From Polyangiales bacterium (GTDB lineage: Bacteria; Myxococcota_A; Polyangia; Polyangiales; Ga0077539): 64,000 bases of DNA. Every line of letters starts with the position of its first letter. Positions within the stretch are counted from its first letter, which is position 1. The notes under the pieces are model-generated. The model was given only the letters and a program-made list of their open reading frames with translations, made no database searches and was not told the DNA's origin. The translations under genes were made by a program, and so were the position numbers. Below, one piece after another: positions 44,114 to 56,443 of this stretch. The DNA lies in NCBI GenBank assembly GCA_044229975.1, contig JBGARZ010000002.1, positions 96,001-160,000 on the forward strand, read 5' to 3'.

Positions 44114-44990
44114 GGTCGCCCCCTCCCGCGAGGCGCAGCGCGTGGGCCACCCTCGCCGCCTGGGCCATCACGGCGACGTCGTGCACGCGCACCATCTCCG
44201 CCCCCTGGAGCACCGCGAGCGCGACGGATGCGGCCGTCCCTCCGACGCGCTCGGCCGCGGCGGCGGAGTCCTGCGCCCACCCCGGCGGGTGTGCCTCGTC
44301 GGAGACGAGGAAGCTCTTGCGAGATGGTCCCACGCAGAGAGGGTAGGTCAGCGATCGCAGCGCCGCGAGGTTTGCCAGGAGCGCCAACGAATGGGCGCCC
44401 GTCTTGGCGAAGCCGAGTCCCGGATCGAGCACCACGCGATGGGCCGCGACGCCCGCCGCGATGAGACGCTCGGCCGTCTGGGCGAGCTCGGCGCGCACGT
44501 CGGACACCACGTCACCGTAGCGGGCGAGTGAGCGCATGGTCGCAGGCGTCCCACGGGCGTGCATCGCGAGATACACGGCACCGTATTCCGCCGCGACCAC
44601 CCCGAGCGCCTCGGGGGCCTCGCCGGTGCCGACGTCGTTGAGGAGGGACGCACCCGCGGCGAGGGCCGAGCGCGCGACGGCGGCCTTGGTGGTGTCGATG
44701 GAGATGGGCGTCGGGAAGCGAGCTGTCAGCGCGTCGATGACGGGCACGACGCGCCCGAGCTCCTCCGCCTCGGAGACCACGGCGGCTCCGGGGCGGGTGC
44801 TCTCCCCGCCGACGTCGATGGCGTCTGCGCCTTCGGCAATCATCGCGGCGGCGCGGTCGACCGCGGCGTCGACCCGGACGAAGCGACCGCCGTCCGAGAA
44901 CGAGTCGGGCGTGACGTTGAGCACGCCCAGGACATAGGGTCGGGACCAATCCCAGGTGACGGTTCGGAGCTGGAGGGGGAGGCGCGGCAT
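44103..44990 (-). CDS. folP: Dihydropteroate synthase
   Basis: GVLNVTPDSFSDGG, GGESTRPG, DPGLGFAK, SRKSF, RVHDV. Confidence 0.97.
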   Translation of the reverse strand: MPRLPLQLRTVTWDWSRPYVLGVLNVTPDSFSDGGRFVRVDAAVDRAAAMIAEGADAIDVGGESTRPGAAVVSEAEELGRVVPVIDALTARFPTPISIDTTKAAVARSALAAGASLLNDVGTGEAPEALGVVAAEYGAVYLAMHARGTPATMRSLARYGDVVSDVRAELAQTAERLIAAGVAAHRVVLDPGLGFAKTGAHSLALLANLAALRSLTYPLCVGPSRKSFLVSDEAHPPGWAQDSAAAAERVGGTAASVALAVLQGAEMVRVHDVAVMAQAARVAHALRLAGGGDRAL

Positions 44991-45034
44991 ACAGAACTCG
45001 GTAAGCCGCGAGGGCGAGCGCGAACGGACGCCGA

Positions 45035-46975
<1,941 letters not shown>

Positions 46976-47067
46976 GATCACCTCTTCGAGAGTTTGCGCA
47001 GGTTACCTCGCAACCGTGCCAGCGCTAACCCCTCGCGCAGGATTTTTGCAGATTGGGGAGATCGGTC

Positions 47068-48063
47068 TCAGCCCCGTGCGACGCGTCGCCGGAGCAGCAC
47101 CCGACCCGAACGCCGGTCGAGCGTCACCGTCGCGCCGTGCAGCACCAGAGCCTCGGCGCGAGAGAGGTCGCGCGGGGTGAGCGCCGCGTGGGCGAGCGCG
47201 CGGGCGTCGTGCCGGAGGTGCACCGCATCGGCCGACGGGCACACCGCCCTCACCGCGGCCCGCGCGACCCATGGCCCGCGCAGCCCGCGGAGCGCCTCCA
47301 CGTCGAGCTCCAATGCCTCACCCACCGCGCCGCCTCGCACCAACGCTTCGGCGTCGTGCGCGAGCATCCGCTGCACCCGACGCGACTCCCGCCCGAGCTT
47401 CGCGAGCGCCGCCGACGAGCCGGGCGCGACGGCCCTCAACCGCGGCAGGATCATCGTCTCCAGCGCCGGGAGCAGCCGGTCGCGCGAGGGCTTCTGGTCG
47501 GGCGGGGGCAGCGGCACCTCGACGCCCAGCAGCGACGCGAGCGACGCGGCCTCGGAGCCCTCCAGGGTCAACAGCGGACGCACCACGCCTCCGCGCAGCT
47601 TCGGCGCGAGACCGCGGATGGAGGTCATGCCGCGCCCACGCAGCAGTTCGAGCAGCACCCGCGACGCGTCGTCGTCCCGCGTCGGCGCGAGGGCAATGCG
47701 GGTGTGCCCCTGGTCGGTCGCGAGCCGTCGCAGCTCGTCGATCACGCGCACCCGCCCGGCCGTCGCCGACGGTCGCACGCCGTGGAAGGTCAGCCCGAGC
47801 TGCCGCGCAAGGCGACCGAGGTCGGCCACCTGCTCGGCGTCGTCGGACTCCTCGTCGAGCCGACACTCCACCGCGGCGACCGCAACGTCCGCGAGGCCCA
47901 GCGCAGCTCGCGCGTGGATGAGAAGGCCCAGGAGACCGAGGCTCGACGCGTCGGCGCCGAGACCTACCAGTACGCGGTCGCCCGGCTGAAAGAGCCGCTG
48001 GCGCTGCGCGAACGCGACGGCCCTGCGCAGCACCTGCTCGACCCCCGAGGCGTGCTGACTCAC
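47068..48063 (-). CDS. tilS: TilS-like protein with degenerate PP-loop
   Basis: Syntenic position before ftsH; LFQPGDRVLVG, LLRGRG, VVRPLL, ILPRL; SGGxDS replaced by GADASS and AHxxDD by APTRDD. Confidence 0.75.
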   Translation of the reverse strand: MSQHASGVEQVLRRAVAFAQRQRLFQPGDRVLVGLGADASSLGLLGLLIHARAALGLADVAVAAVECRLDEESDDAEQVADLGRLARQLGLTFHGVRPSATAGRVRVIDELRRLATDQGHTRIALAPTRDDDASRVLLELLRGRGMTSIRGLAPKLRGGVVRPLLTLEGSEAASLASLLGVEVPLPPPDQKPSRDRLLPALETMILPRLRAVAPGSSAALAKLGRESRRVQRMLAHDAEALVRGGAVGEALELDVEALRGLRGPWVARAAVRAVCPSADAVHLRHDARALAHAALTPRDLSRAEALVLHGATVTLDRRSGRVLLRRRVARG

Positions 48064-48260
48064 AGGAGCTCGAACTCCTTGCAGAAGGTTCCGTCGCGCG
48101 ACCCTTCGCCCTCGAAGGCCGCGCGTCGGTGCATCGCGTTGGGGTAGCCGTTGGCGCAGCGCCCGCCCTCCGCCACGAAGAACACGCAGTCCTCGCAGGC
48201 GTGCCTCAGCACGAAGCGCTCACGCTCGGCGATGAACTCCCGATCGACGACGCTACGCAC
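48060..48260 (-). CDS. Small Cys-rich protein (66 aa)
   Basis: CEDC..RCANGYP..FCKEFEL; overlaps both neighbours. Confidence 0.75.
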   Translation of the reverse strand: MRSVVDREFIAERERFVLRHACEDCVFFVAEGGRCANGYPNAMHRRAAFEGEGSRDGTFCKEFELL

Positions 48261-49503
48261 GCCCCGCTCCCTTCGTGGCCACGAGCGTCGCGACGACCTC
48301 CACCAGCGGCGTCTGTGGAAACATCTCGAAGGCCGCCAGGCGCTGCAACGTGTACTTCGCCGAGAGCGCCTGGAGGTCGCGACCGAGGTGCTCCGGGTCG
48401 CACGAGACGTAGACCACGCGCCGCACCGGTGCGCTCACCAGCACCGCGCACGCCTCGCGCGCGCCCGTCCGCGGCGGGTCGAGCACCACCACGTCGGCCT
48501 TCCACGGCCGCGTCCGCACCTCCACGGCCTCCTCGTGAACGCTGACGTTCGTGATGCCGCGGTTGGTCAGGTTGACGCGCAGCGCCTCCGTCGCGTCGCG
48601 GTCGGACTCCACCGCCGTCACCTTCGCGGCGCTCTTCGCGAGGCACACCGTGAGGTTGCCCGCGCCCGCGTACAGCTCGACCACCGAGCGACCCGCGGCC
48701 TGGGCTTCGCTGTCGACGTACGCCGCGAGCGTCGGGTTGAGCGAGCCGTTGGCCTGACCAAATCCCCCGATGCCCGCGCGCAACGGCAGTCCGTCGCCGC
48801 CCACCTGCACCGGGCACGGGTCTCCCTCGATGGCAGGCGCGCTCACACCCGGTGTCCACAGTGCGACCCCGGCGAAGCCCCGGGTCAACAACTGGCGACC
48901 GACCGCGTAGCCCCGCTCGTCGAGCGGTCGCTGCGGTCGCAGGCTCGCCACCGGCCGACCGCCTTCGCCGAGCGCGATGGCCGCCTCGCCGCGACCGCCC
49001 AGCGCCGCGATCGCCTCGCGCAACGCGGGCAACGCCGCCTCCAACGCGGGCACGAGCACCGGGCACGACGGGAGGTCGACGATGGTGCTGGAGCGACGTT
49101 CGAGGAAGCCCAGGAGCACGCGCGGACCCGACAGGGTCCAGTGCAGTCGGGCGCGGGTGCGGTAGCCGTACGGGGCGTCGCTCGCGACGTACGTGACGGG
49201 CGTCGTGCGGAGTGCGGGGGGGAGCGCGCGCTGGAGGCGTTCGAGGCGGGCGGCCTGCTGGGCCGACGGCGAAGCGTGCTGCCAGGTGCAGCCGCCGCAG
49301 CGACCGAACACCGCGCACGGCGCCTCGACGCGCGCGTCGGACGACTCTTCGCGGGCCACGGTCGCCCAGCCGTTGCCCTCGCGGCGGACGCGCCAGCGCT
49401 CACCGGGGAGCGTGTCTTCGAGGCGCACGACGGTGCCGTTGAGGCGGGCGATGCCCTCCCCCGACGCGGCGAGGGACTCGATGGTGACGACGGACTCCTT
49501 CAC
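48253..49503 (-). CDS. rlmD: 23S rRNA (uracil-5)-methyltransferase RlmD/TrmA family
   Basis: TRAM start, CAVFGRCGGC, FGQAN, ELYAGAG, LDPPRTG, YVSC, FEMFPQT. Confidence 0.9.
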   Translation of the reverse strand: MKESVVTIESLAASGEGIARLNGTVVRLEDTLPGERWRVRREGNGWATVAREESSDARVEAPCAVFGRCGGCTWQHASPSAQQAARLERLQRALPPALRTTPVTYVASDAPYGYRTRARLHWTLSGPRVLLGFLERRSSTIVDLPSCPVLVPALEAALPALREAIAALGGRGEAAIALGEGGRPVASLRPQRPLDERGYAVGRQLLTRGFAGVALWTPGVSAPAIEGDPCPVQVGGDGLPLRAGIGGFGQANGSLNPTLAAYVDSEAQAAGRSVVELYAGAGNLTVCLAKSAAKVTAVESDRDATEALRVNLTNRGITNVSVHEEAVEVRTRPWKADVVVLDPPRTGAREACAVLVSAPVRRVVYVSCDPEHLGRDLQALSAKYTLQRLAAFEMFPQTPLVEVVATLVATKGAGRA

Positions 49504-50138
49504 TGGAACCGCTGCGCCGGCCGACCGCGCACGAAGTAGAAGCGGAACCACCCCTCCAGCTCGCCGACGCTGTCCGAGAGCACCCGCGGCTCGCGTGCGG
49601 CGGGGCCGGTCGGGGCGCGCGAGGGGTCGGTGTCGCGCACCTCGCGGGGGTCGCGCAGCGAGATCGAGAACTGGGTCACCTCGGTGAGGCGCTGCGTCGC
49701 GTCGGCGTTGGGGTCGCCGCGATAGATGGAGCTGAACACCACGTAGCCGTGCGTCGCTTCGAGGGCGACGGTGGGCGAGTAGGCGGTGAGCTCGCGGCGT
49801 CCGCACGTGTAGTTGGGGCGGAAGACCGCCTGCACCGGCGCGACACCGGGGAGGCCCACCGGGATGCGCTCGTTGAGGTGCGCCGCGACGTAGGCCGTGT
49901 CGTTGACGCGCCACACGAACTCGTCGCTGAACTCCGCGGTCTCGCCGCCCTGCGCCACGCGGATGATGAGCGTGCCGTCGTGGAAGTCGCCGCCGAAGAA
50001 CACCGGCTTCAGGTCGAACAGCTCCGTCGACACCCCGCACACCTCGAGGTGCAACGGTCCGCGAACATCACCGCTCCCCTCGCCCACGCTGCACCCCGCG
50101 AGGAGCACCAGACCCAGTCCTCGCCAACGACCGCTCAC
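49500..50138 (-). CDS. Hypothetical lipoprotein
   Basis: LLAG-C lipobox; coupled to mnmA and rlmD. Confidence 0.8.
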   Translation of the reverse strand: MSGRWRGLGLVLLAGCSVGEGSGDVRGPLHLEVCGVSTELFDLKPVFFGGDFHDGTLIIRVAQGGETAEFSDEFVWRVNDTAYVAAHLNERIPVGLPGVAPVQAVFRPNYTCGRRELTAYSPTVALEATHGYVVFSSIYRGDPNADATQRLTEVTQFSISLRDPREVRDTDPSRAPTGPAAREPRVLSDSVGELEGWFRFYFVRGRPAQRFQ

Positions 50139-51196
50139 GATGGAAGCTCCGTGATCCAGGCGCCACCGACGACGCGATCGCCCGCATAGAGCACCGCCGC
50201 CTGCCCGGGCGCAACCCCTCGCTGCGGCTCCGCGAATCGCAGCGTCGCCCGGCCCTCACCGAGGTCTTCCACCGTCGCCTCGACGCCCGTGTGCCGGTAA
50301 CGGATGCGCGCCCGCACCTGCGTCGGCCGGGTGTCGCTCAACCAGCGGAAACCCTCCAGGGCCGCGACGCTCGTGCGCGTCTCTTCGTCGTCGCCCACGA
50401 CGACGGCCGCCCGCTCGGGGACGATCTTCAGCACGTAGCGCGGGCTCCCGGCGGCGCCGATGCCCCGGCGCTGTCCCGGCGTGAAGGCGTGCACCCCGTC
50501 GTGCTGCCCCACCACCTCGCCGCGGAGTGTCTCGATGGGACCGGGGCGCGCCGCTCCGCCGCCGTGACGCTCGACGAAGCCTGCATACGGTTGACCTTCG
50601 AGGAAGCAAAGGTCGACCGAGTCCGGCTTCTGCGCGTTGGGCAGCCCCGCCTCCGCGGCGAGCGCCCTCACCGCGGGCTTCTCCAGCCCGCCGAGCGGGA
50701 GGTGCAGCCGTCGCAGCGCCTCGACCGGCGAAGCCCAGAGAAAGTACGACTGGTCCTTGCTGGCGTCGGCGGCGGCGCGGAGGTCGACGCCGTCACCATC
50801 GAGCGAGACCCGCGCGTAGTGCCCGGTGGCGATGGCGTCGGCCCCGAGGCGCGTGGCGATGTCCCACAACGGCCCGAGCTTCACCGACTCGTTGCAGCGC
50901 ACGCAGGGGCTCGGTGTGCGCCCTGCGGCATAGTCCTCGACGAAGCGGTCGACGACCTTCTCGCGAAACAGCGAGCGGCGGTCGAAGGTGTAGTGCGCCA
51001 CGCCGAGCAGCTCGCAGACCCGCGCGGCGTCGTACTGATCTTCAGGCGAGCAGCACCGACCGGCGTGCCCCTCGCGGACGTAGTCCCACAGGTGCAGGGT
51101 GACGCCGATGACCTCCCAGCCCTCGCGGTGCAGCACCGCCGCGGCCGCGGACGAGTCCACCCCGCCGCTCATTCCCACCACGATTCGCCGCGCCAC
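50135..51196 (-). CDS. mnmA: tRNA 2-thiouridine synthase MnmA
   Basis: GMSGGVDSS, TPSPCVRCN, ATGHYA, KDQSYFL, DLCF, PGQAAVLY. Confidence 0.96.
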   Translation of the reverse strand: MARRIVVGMSGGVDSSAAAAVLHREGWEVIGVTLHLWDYVREGHAGRCCSPEDQYDAARVCELLGVAHYTFDRRSLFREKVVDRFVEDYAAGRTPSPCVRCNESVKLGPLWDIATRLGADAIATGHYARVSLDGDGVDLRAAADASKDQSYFLWASPVEALRRLHLPLGGLEKPAVRALAAEAGLPNAQKPDSVDLCFLEGQPYAGFVERHGGGAARPGPIETLRGEVVGQHDGVHAFTPGQRRGIGAAGSPRYVLKIVPERAAVVVGDDEETRTSVAALEGFRWLSDTRPTQVRARIRYRHTGVEATVEDLGEGRATLRFAEPQRGVAPGQAAVLYAGDRVVGGAWITELPS

Positions 51197-51210
51197 GAGT
51201 GCAGGTCCTC

Positions 51211-51426
51211 TCAGAACCCCAGGAAGGTCTGCGCGGCACCGTCGACCAGCGCGGACCACTGGCCGATGGTGAACACCGTCGCCACGACGACCAGCACCAT
51301 GCAGCCGTCGATGGCGAACACGGCCCAGCCCGGGGCGCAGGCGTCACACGGAGCAGGCGCGCGGGCGGGCGAGCGGTAGGGGCTCACCGCCACGGGCGCG
51401 CAGGTCGATGGGGTTGAATCGATCAT
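51211..51426 (-). CDS. Small hypothetical membrane protein
   Basis: 71-aa ORF with SPYR and one TM filling the gap between epimerase and mnmA. Confidence 0.45.
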   Translation of the reverse strand: MIDSTPSTCAPVAVSPYRSPARAPAPCDACAPGWAVFAIDGCMVLVVVATVFTIGQWSALVDGAAQTFLGF

Positions 51427-51475
51427 GCCCGCCGATGATGCCGCACCACGGCGCCCGGCGCGAGCACGAGCGTCA

Positions 51476-52408
51476 TCAGGCCGACGCGAGGCACGCGCGC
51501 AGGCCCTCTTCGAGCGAGACCTTCGGCGCAAATCCGAGGCCCTCCACGATGCGGCCGATGGAGGCGAGGCTGTGCCGGATGTCTCCCGCGCGCTCGGGGG
51601 CGTGCACGATCTTCGACCGGCTCCCGGTCACGGTCACGATGGACCGCGCGAGGTCGTTGATGGTGATGCGCCCGCCCTGGGCGACGTTGAAGACCTCTCC
51701 CTTGCCCGCGCGATCGGAGGTCGCCGCGAGCACGTTGGCGGCCACCACGTCGCCCACGAAGACGAAGTCGCGGGTCTGCTCGCCGTCGCCGAAGATGCTG
51801 ATGTCCACCCCGCGCTGGGCGCGCTCGATGAAGATCGGAACGGCCGCCGCGTAGGCGCCCTTCGGGTCCTGCCGCGGGCCGAAGACGTTGAAGTACCGCA
51901 GGCTGACGGTGGGCACGCCGTGGGCCTCGGCATACATCTTCAGGTAAAATTCCCCGTCCAGCTTGGTGATGCCGTAGGGGGACTTCGGGGCCGGGGTCAT
52001 GTCCTCGGTCTTCGGGCTGCGCGGGTCGTCGCCGTACACCGCCGCGCTGCTGGAGAACACCACGCGCGACACGCCCGCGGCCTTCGCCGCGTCGAGGACG
52101 TTGAGCGTCCCGTGGATGTTGATGTCCACGCACTCCAGCGGTCGCTCCATGGACTCGGGGACGCTCACCTGCGCCGCGAGGTGGTGCACCACCGAGCAAC
52201 CGTCCATCGCCCGCTTCACCGTCGCGGCATCGGTGATGCTGCCCTCGATGAACGTGAGCCCGCCGTCGTCGGGGATGCGCGCGACGTTGTCCCGCTTGCC
52301 CGTCCGCAGGCTGTCGAGCACCACCACGTGCGCCCCGCGCCGACGCCACTCCGTCGCCACGTGATGCCCGATGAACCCCGCCCCTCCGGTGACCAGAACC
52401 TTCTTCAT
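51476..52408 (-). CDS. NAD-dependent epimerase/dehydratase (UDP-glucose 4-epimerase-like)
   Basis: VLVTGGAGFIG, HLAAQVSV, SSSAAVYG, YGITK, RYFNVFGP, GDGEQTRDF. Confidence 0.94.
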   Translation of the reverse strand: MKKVLVTGGAGFIGHHVATEWRRRGAHVVVLDSLRTGKRDNVARIPDDGGLTFIEGSITDAATVKRAMDGCSVVHHLAAQVSVPESMERPLECVDINIHGTLNVLDAAKAAGVSRVVFSSSAAVYGDDPRSPKTEDMTPAPKSPYGITKLDGEFYLKMYAEAHGVPTVSLRYFNVFGPRQDPKGAYAAAVPIFIERAQRGVDISIFGDGEQTRDFVFVGDVVAANVLAATSDRAGKGEVFNVAQGGRITINDLARSIVTVTGSRSKIVHAPERAGDIRHSLASIGRIVEGLGFAPKVSLEEGLRACLASA

Positions 52409-52487
52409 GCCGCGCATTCCGCCCTCCGTCGCGCGCCGGGTCAAGGCTTCCGCGCGGGAAGTCACCGCGACCGGTAGAGTTCGCGCC

Positions 52488-53221
52488 ATGAACGGCTCGA
52501 CCCTGGTCATCGGCGCCGGCACCAACCTCGGCGGGCGCTGGTCCATCCTCCGCGCCGCGCGTGACCTCGTCGCCTCGCGCTTCGGCACCTCCGACCTCCG
52601 CGTCGCGCCCGTGTGGGAGACCGCGCCGCTCGGTCCACCGCAGCCCGACTACCTCAACACCGCGTTTGCGCTCCCCTTCGATCGCACCCTCGGCGAAGCG
52701 CTGGAGATCTGCCGCTCCATCGAGCGCGACCTCGGCCGCGAACGCCGCGATCGCTGGGGGCCGCGCACCCTCGACCTCGACCTGCTCTGGCACGCCTCGC
52801 AGCGATCGAACACCGACACCCTCACCGTCCCGCACCCCGGGCTGCGACAGCGCACCTTCGCGCTCGACCCGCTGTTGGCGCTCGTCCCCGACGCGGTCGA
52901 TCCGACGGAAGGCGCGCCGCTCGCGGATGTGCGAGCGCGGCTCCCCGCTTCGATGCCGGGAAGCGATCTCGCGAAGGGGCCCGCGACACGCGATTTCGCC
53001 GATGAGCTCGCCTTCGCGGCCGAAGCCGGGATCGCCGAGGGCGTCCTGCGAGGCCGACCAGGAACGTTCGAGCTGTTGGTGGAAGGGCCGACCGATCCCG
53101 CTCACTTTGCCAGGGCGGTGCGGGCACACCTGCGCGGTCGCCCGGTGGCTCTTGTACGGGTCGCGGTGCTGGAGCACACGCCCGAGCGCACCCGCGCCGT
53201 GCTGACACTCGTCACGCGGCG

Positions 53222-53225
<4 letters not shown>
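52488..53225 (+). CDS. folK: HPPK (FolK) with C-terminal extension
   Basis: IGAGTNLG, QPDYLN, IERDLGR..RWGPRTLDLDLL, LTVPHP..RTF. Confidence 0.9.
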
Positions 53226-54187
<962 letters not shown>

Positions 54188-54189
54188 CG

Positions 54190-54849
54190 ATGCCCGTCTT
54201 CGTGGCCGTGGTCGGCGTCGGCGGTCTCGGCTGCCCCGCGGCGCTCGCGCTCGCCGAGGCGGGCGTCGCGCTGCGGCTCATCGACGAGGACACCGTCGAC
54301 CGCTCCAACCTCCATCGCCAGGTGCTCTTCACGGAGGCCGATGTCGGTCGACGGAAGGTCGATGCGGCGCGCGATGCGCTCGCGAAGATGGCGCCCGGGA
54401 TGGTGGTGGAGACGCGCCCCGAGCACCTCGCGCCGGAGAGCGCGGAGTCCCTGCTGCGCGGCGCGGCGGTGATCGTCGAGGGGAGCGACAACCTCCCGAC
54501 GAAGTTTTTGACGGCGGACGTGGCGCGGGCGTTGGGGGCGCCGGTGGTGCACGGCGCGTGCGTCGGCTGGGGCGGCACGGTGCTGCCCGTGAAGTGGGGC
54601 GACGGCGCCTGCTACCGCTGCGTCTTCGAGGACGTGCCCGACGAGGAGGCGACGACCTGCGCCATCGCCGGGGTCTACGGGCCGATCACCTCCGTCATCG
54701 GCGCGATGATGGCGCGCGACGCCTTGAGGCTGCTGCACGGTGACCGCAGCACCGTCGGCAGCCTTGCGCGATACGACGGCTGGAACCAGACGTTCCGCTC
54801 GTCGTGCTTCGCGCGGCGCGGCGATTGTCCGCTGTGCGGTCGCGGCTGA
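54190..54849 (+). CDS. ThiF/MoeB family E1-like adenylyltransferase lacking the N-terminal RYxRQ segment
   Basis: GVGGLG, DEDTVDRSNLHRQ, GSDN, CYRC, TCAIAG, CPLC. Confidence 0.9.
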   Translation: MPVFVAVVGVGGLGCPAALALAEAGVALRLIDEDTVDRSNLHRQVLFTEADVGRRKVDAARDALAKMAPGMVVETRPEHLAPESAESLLRGAAVIVEGSDNLPTKFLTADVARALGAPVVHGACVGWGGTVLPVKWGDGACYRCVFEDVPDEEATTCAIAGVYGPITSVIGAMMARDALRLLHGDRSTVGSLARYDGWNQTFRSSCFARRGDCPLCGRG

Positions 54850-54873
54850 GGTTCCAGTGGACCCAGCGACGGT

Positions 54874-54887
54874 TTCAGTTTACTGAA
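54874..54887. promoter_or_regulatory. AT-rich inverted repeat upstream of the sulfur carrier gene, candidate operator
   Basis: TTCAGT-TT-ACTGAA. Confidence 0.4.
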
Positions 54888-54919
54888 TGCGCGAACAATC
54901 GCTCCCAAGGAGGCTCTCG

Positions 54920-55192
54920 ATGGCGATCACGGTGCGGGTTCCGACGCAGCTTCGGACCCTGACGGCGGGCAAGGAAGAGGTCAGTGGCACGGGCGCGACG
55001 GTGGGCGAGCTCATCGACCAGCTCGAAGGCGCGCACCCCGGCCTCAAGGATCGGCTGCTCGATGCCAAGGGCATCCGCCGCTTCGTGAACCTCTACCTCA
55101 ACGAAGAGGACGTCCGCTTCCTCGAAGGGCTCGCCACTCCGCTGAAGGACAACGACACCCTCACCATCGTCCCGGCGATCGCGGGCGGATGA
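54920..55192 (+). CDS. cysO: Ubiquitin-like sulfur carrier protein (CysO/MoaD/ThiS family)
   Basis: VRVPTQLR..RRFVNLYLNEEDVRF..IVPAIAGG C-terminal GG; RBS AGGAGG. Confidence 0.9.
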   Translation: MAITVRVPTQLRTLTAGKEEVSGTGATVGELIDQLEGAHPGLKDRLLDAKGIRRFVNLYLNEEDVRFLEGLATPLKDNDTLTIVPAIAGG

Positions 55193-55491
55193 GCGACCGG
55201 CCGCTCGACCACGCGCGCTACGGGCGGCAGATCGCGCTGCCCGAACTCGGCGTGGCAGGTCAGCGGTCGCTGGCAGAGGTCGCGGTGCGCTTCCATCCCG
55301 ACAATCCCCTCGCGCGAGAGGCGCACGAGCGTGCTGGTGGCACCGTCTCGGACTATGCCTCCGTCGTCATCGAGCTGCCGGTGGGCGGACGGGGTGTTGC
55401 CGCGTGGGCGAGCGTCGAGGCGGCGCGTCGGGTGCTGGGTCAGCCTGCGAAGGCGCTGCCGCCAGGGCTGGCGGCGCGGTTGGGTGAGTGA
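55189..55491 (+). CDS. Minimal MoeB/ThiF N-terminal-like protein (100 aa)
   Basis: RYGRQIALPELGVAGQRSL matches the MoeB N-terminus; no GxGxxG, no Cys; coupled at both ends. Confidence 0.7.
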   Translation: MSDRPLDHARYGRQIALPELGVAGQRSLAEVAVRFHPDNPLAREAHERAGGTVSDYASVVIELPVGGRGVAAWASVEAARRVLGQPAKALPPGLAARLGE

Positions 55492-56429
55492 TGCTGCGAC
55501 CGAAGCGATTGGACTCCATCCTCGACGCAGTGGGCAACACGCCGCTGCTGCGACTGCGAACGCTAGAGCGCGACACACCGGGCGTGGAGATCTACGCCAA
55601 GCTGGAGTTTCAAAACCCCGGCGGCTCGGTGAAGGACCGCGCGGCGCGGCAGATCTTCACCGACGCGCTCCGCCGCGGTGACCTCACCCGCGATCGCGTG
55701 CTCATCGACTCGACCTCGGGCAACACGGGCGTCGCCTACTCGCTCGTGGGCGCGGCGCTCGGCTACCGCGTCGCGCTGGTGATGCCGTCCAACGTGTCGC
55801 AGGCGCGCAAGGACATCACCCGCGCCTTCGGCACCGAGATCATCTACTCCGACCCGCTGGAGGGCAGCGACGGCGCGATTCGCCTTGCCCGCAAGCTCGT
55901 CGCCGAGCGGCCCGACCACTACTACTACCCCGACCAGTACTCCAACGAGAGCAACCCGCTGGGGCACTACCTCACGACGGGGCCGGAGATATTGGCCGAC
56001 GTGGGCGACCGCATCACGCACTTCGTCACGGGCCTCGGCACTACCGGCACCATGATGGGCACCACGCGCCGCTTGAAGGAGCACCACCGCCCCATTCGCT
56101 GCGTGGCGGTGCAGCCCGCCGACGCGCTGCACGGCCTGGAGGGCCTCAAGCATCTGCCGAGCTCGCTGGTGCCGCCCATCTACAGCGACGCCGTGCCCGA
56201 CGAGACCATGTGGATCAACACCGAGGACGGCTGGGACATGACCGACCGGCTCTGGGAGCAGGAGTCGGTTCACGTCGGTCACTCGGCCGGGGCCAATGTG
56301 TTTGCCGCGTACACCATCGCGCGTGACCTCGCTTCGCGGGGCGAGCCCGGCTGCGTCGTGACGATCCTTTGTGACCGCGGCGACCGATACTTCCTCCCGA
56401 TGAAGTGGGAGCGTCTCTACACCTGGTGA
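55488..56429 (+). CDS. cysM: PLP-dependent cysteine synthase, CysM type
   Basis: VGNTPL, NPGGSVKDR, TSGNTG, GLGTTGT, LEGLK; context with cysO and mec. Confidence 0.85.
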   Translation: MMLRPKRLDSILDAVGNTPLLRLRTLERDTPGVEIYAKLEFQNPGGSVKDRAARQIFTDALRRGDLTRDRVLIDSTSGNTGVAYSLVGAALGYRVALVMPSNVSQARKDITRAFGTEIIYSDPLEGSDGAIRLARKLVAERPDHYYYPDQYSNESNPLGHYLTTGPEILADVGDRITHFVTGLGTTGTMMGTTRRLKEHHRPIRCVAVQPADALHGLEGLKHLPSSLVPPIYSDAVPDETMWINTEDGWDMTDRLWEQESVHVGHSAGANVFAAYTIARDLASRGEPGCVVTILCDRGDRYFLPMKWERLYTW

Positions 56430-56443
56430 GAGGGAGTCCGACG

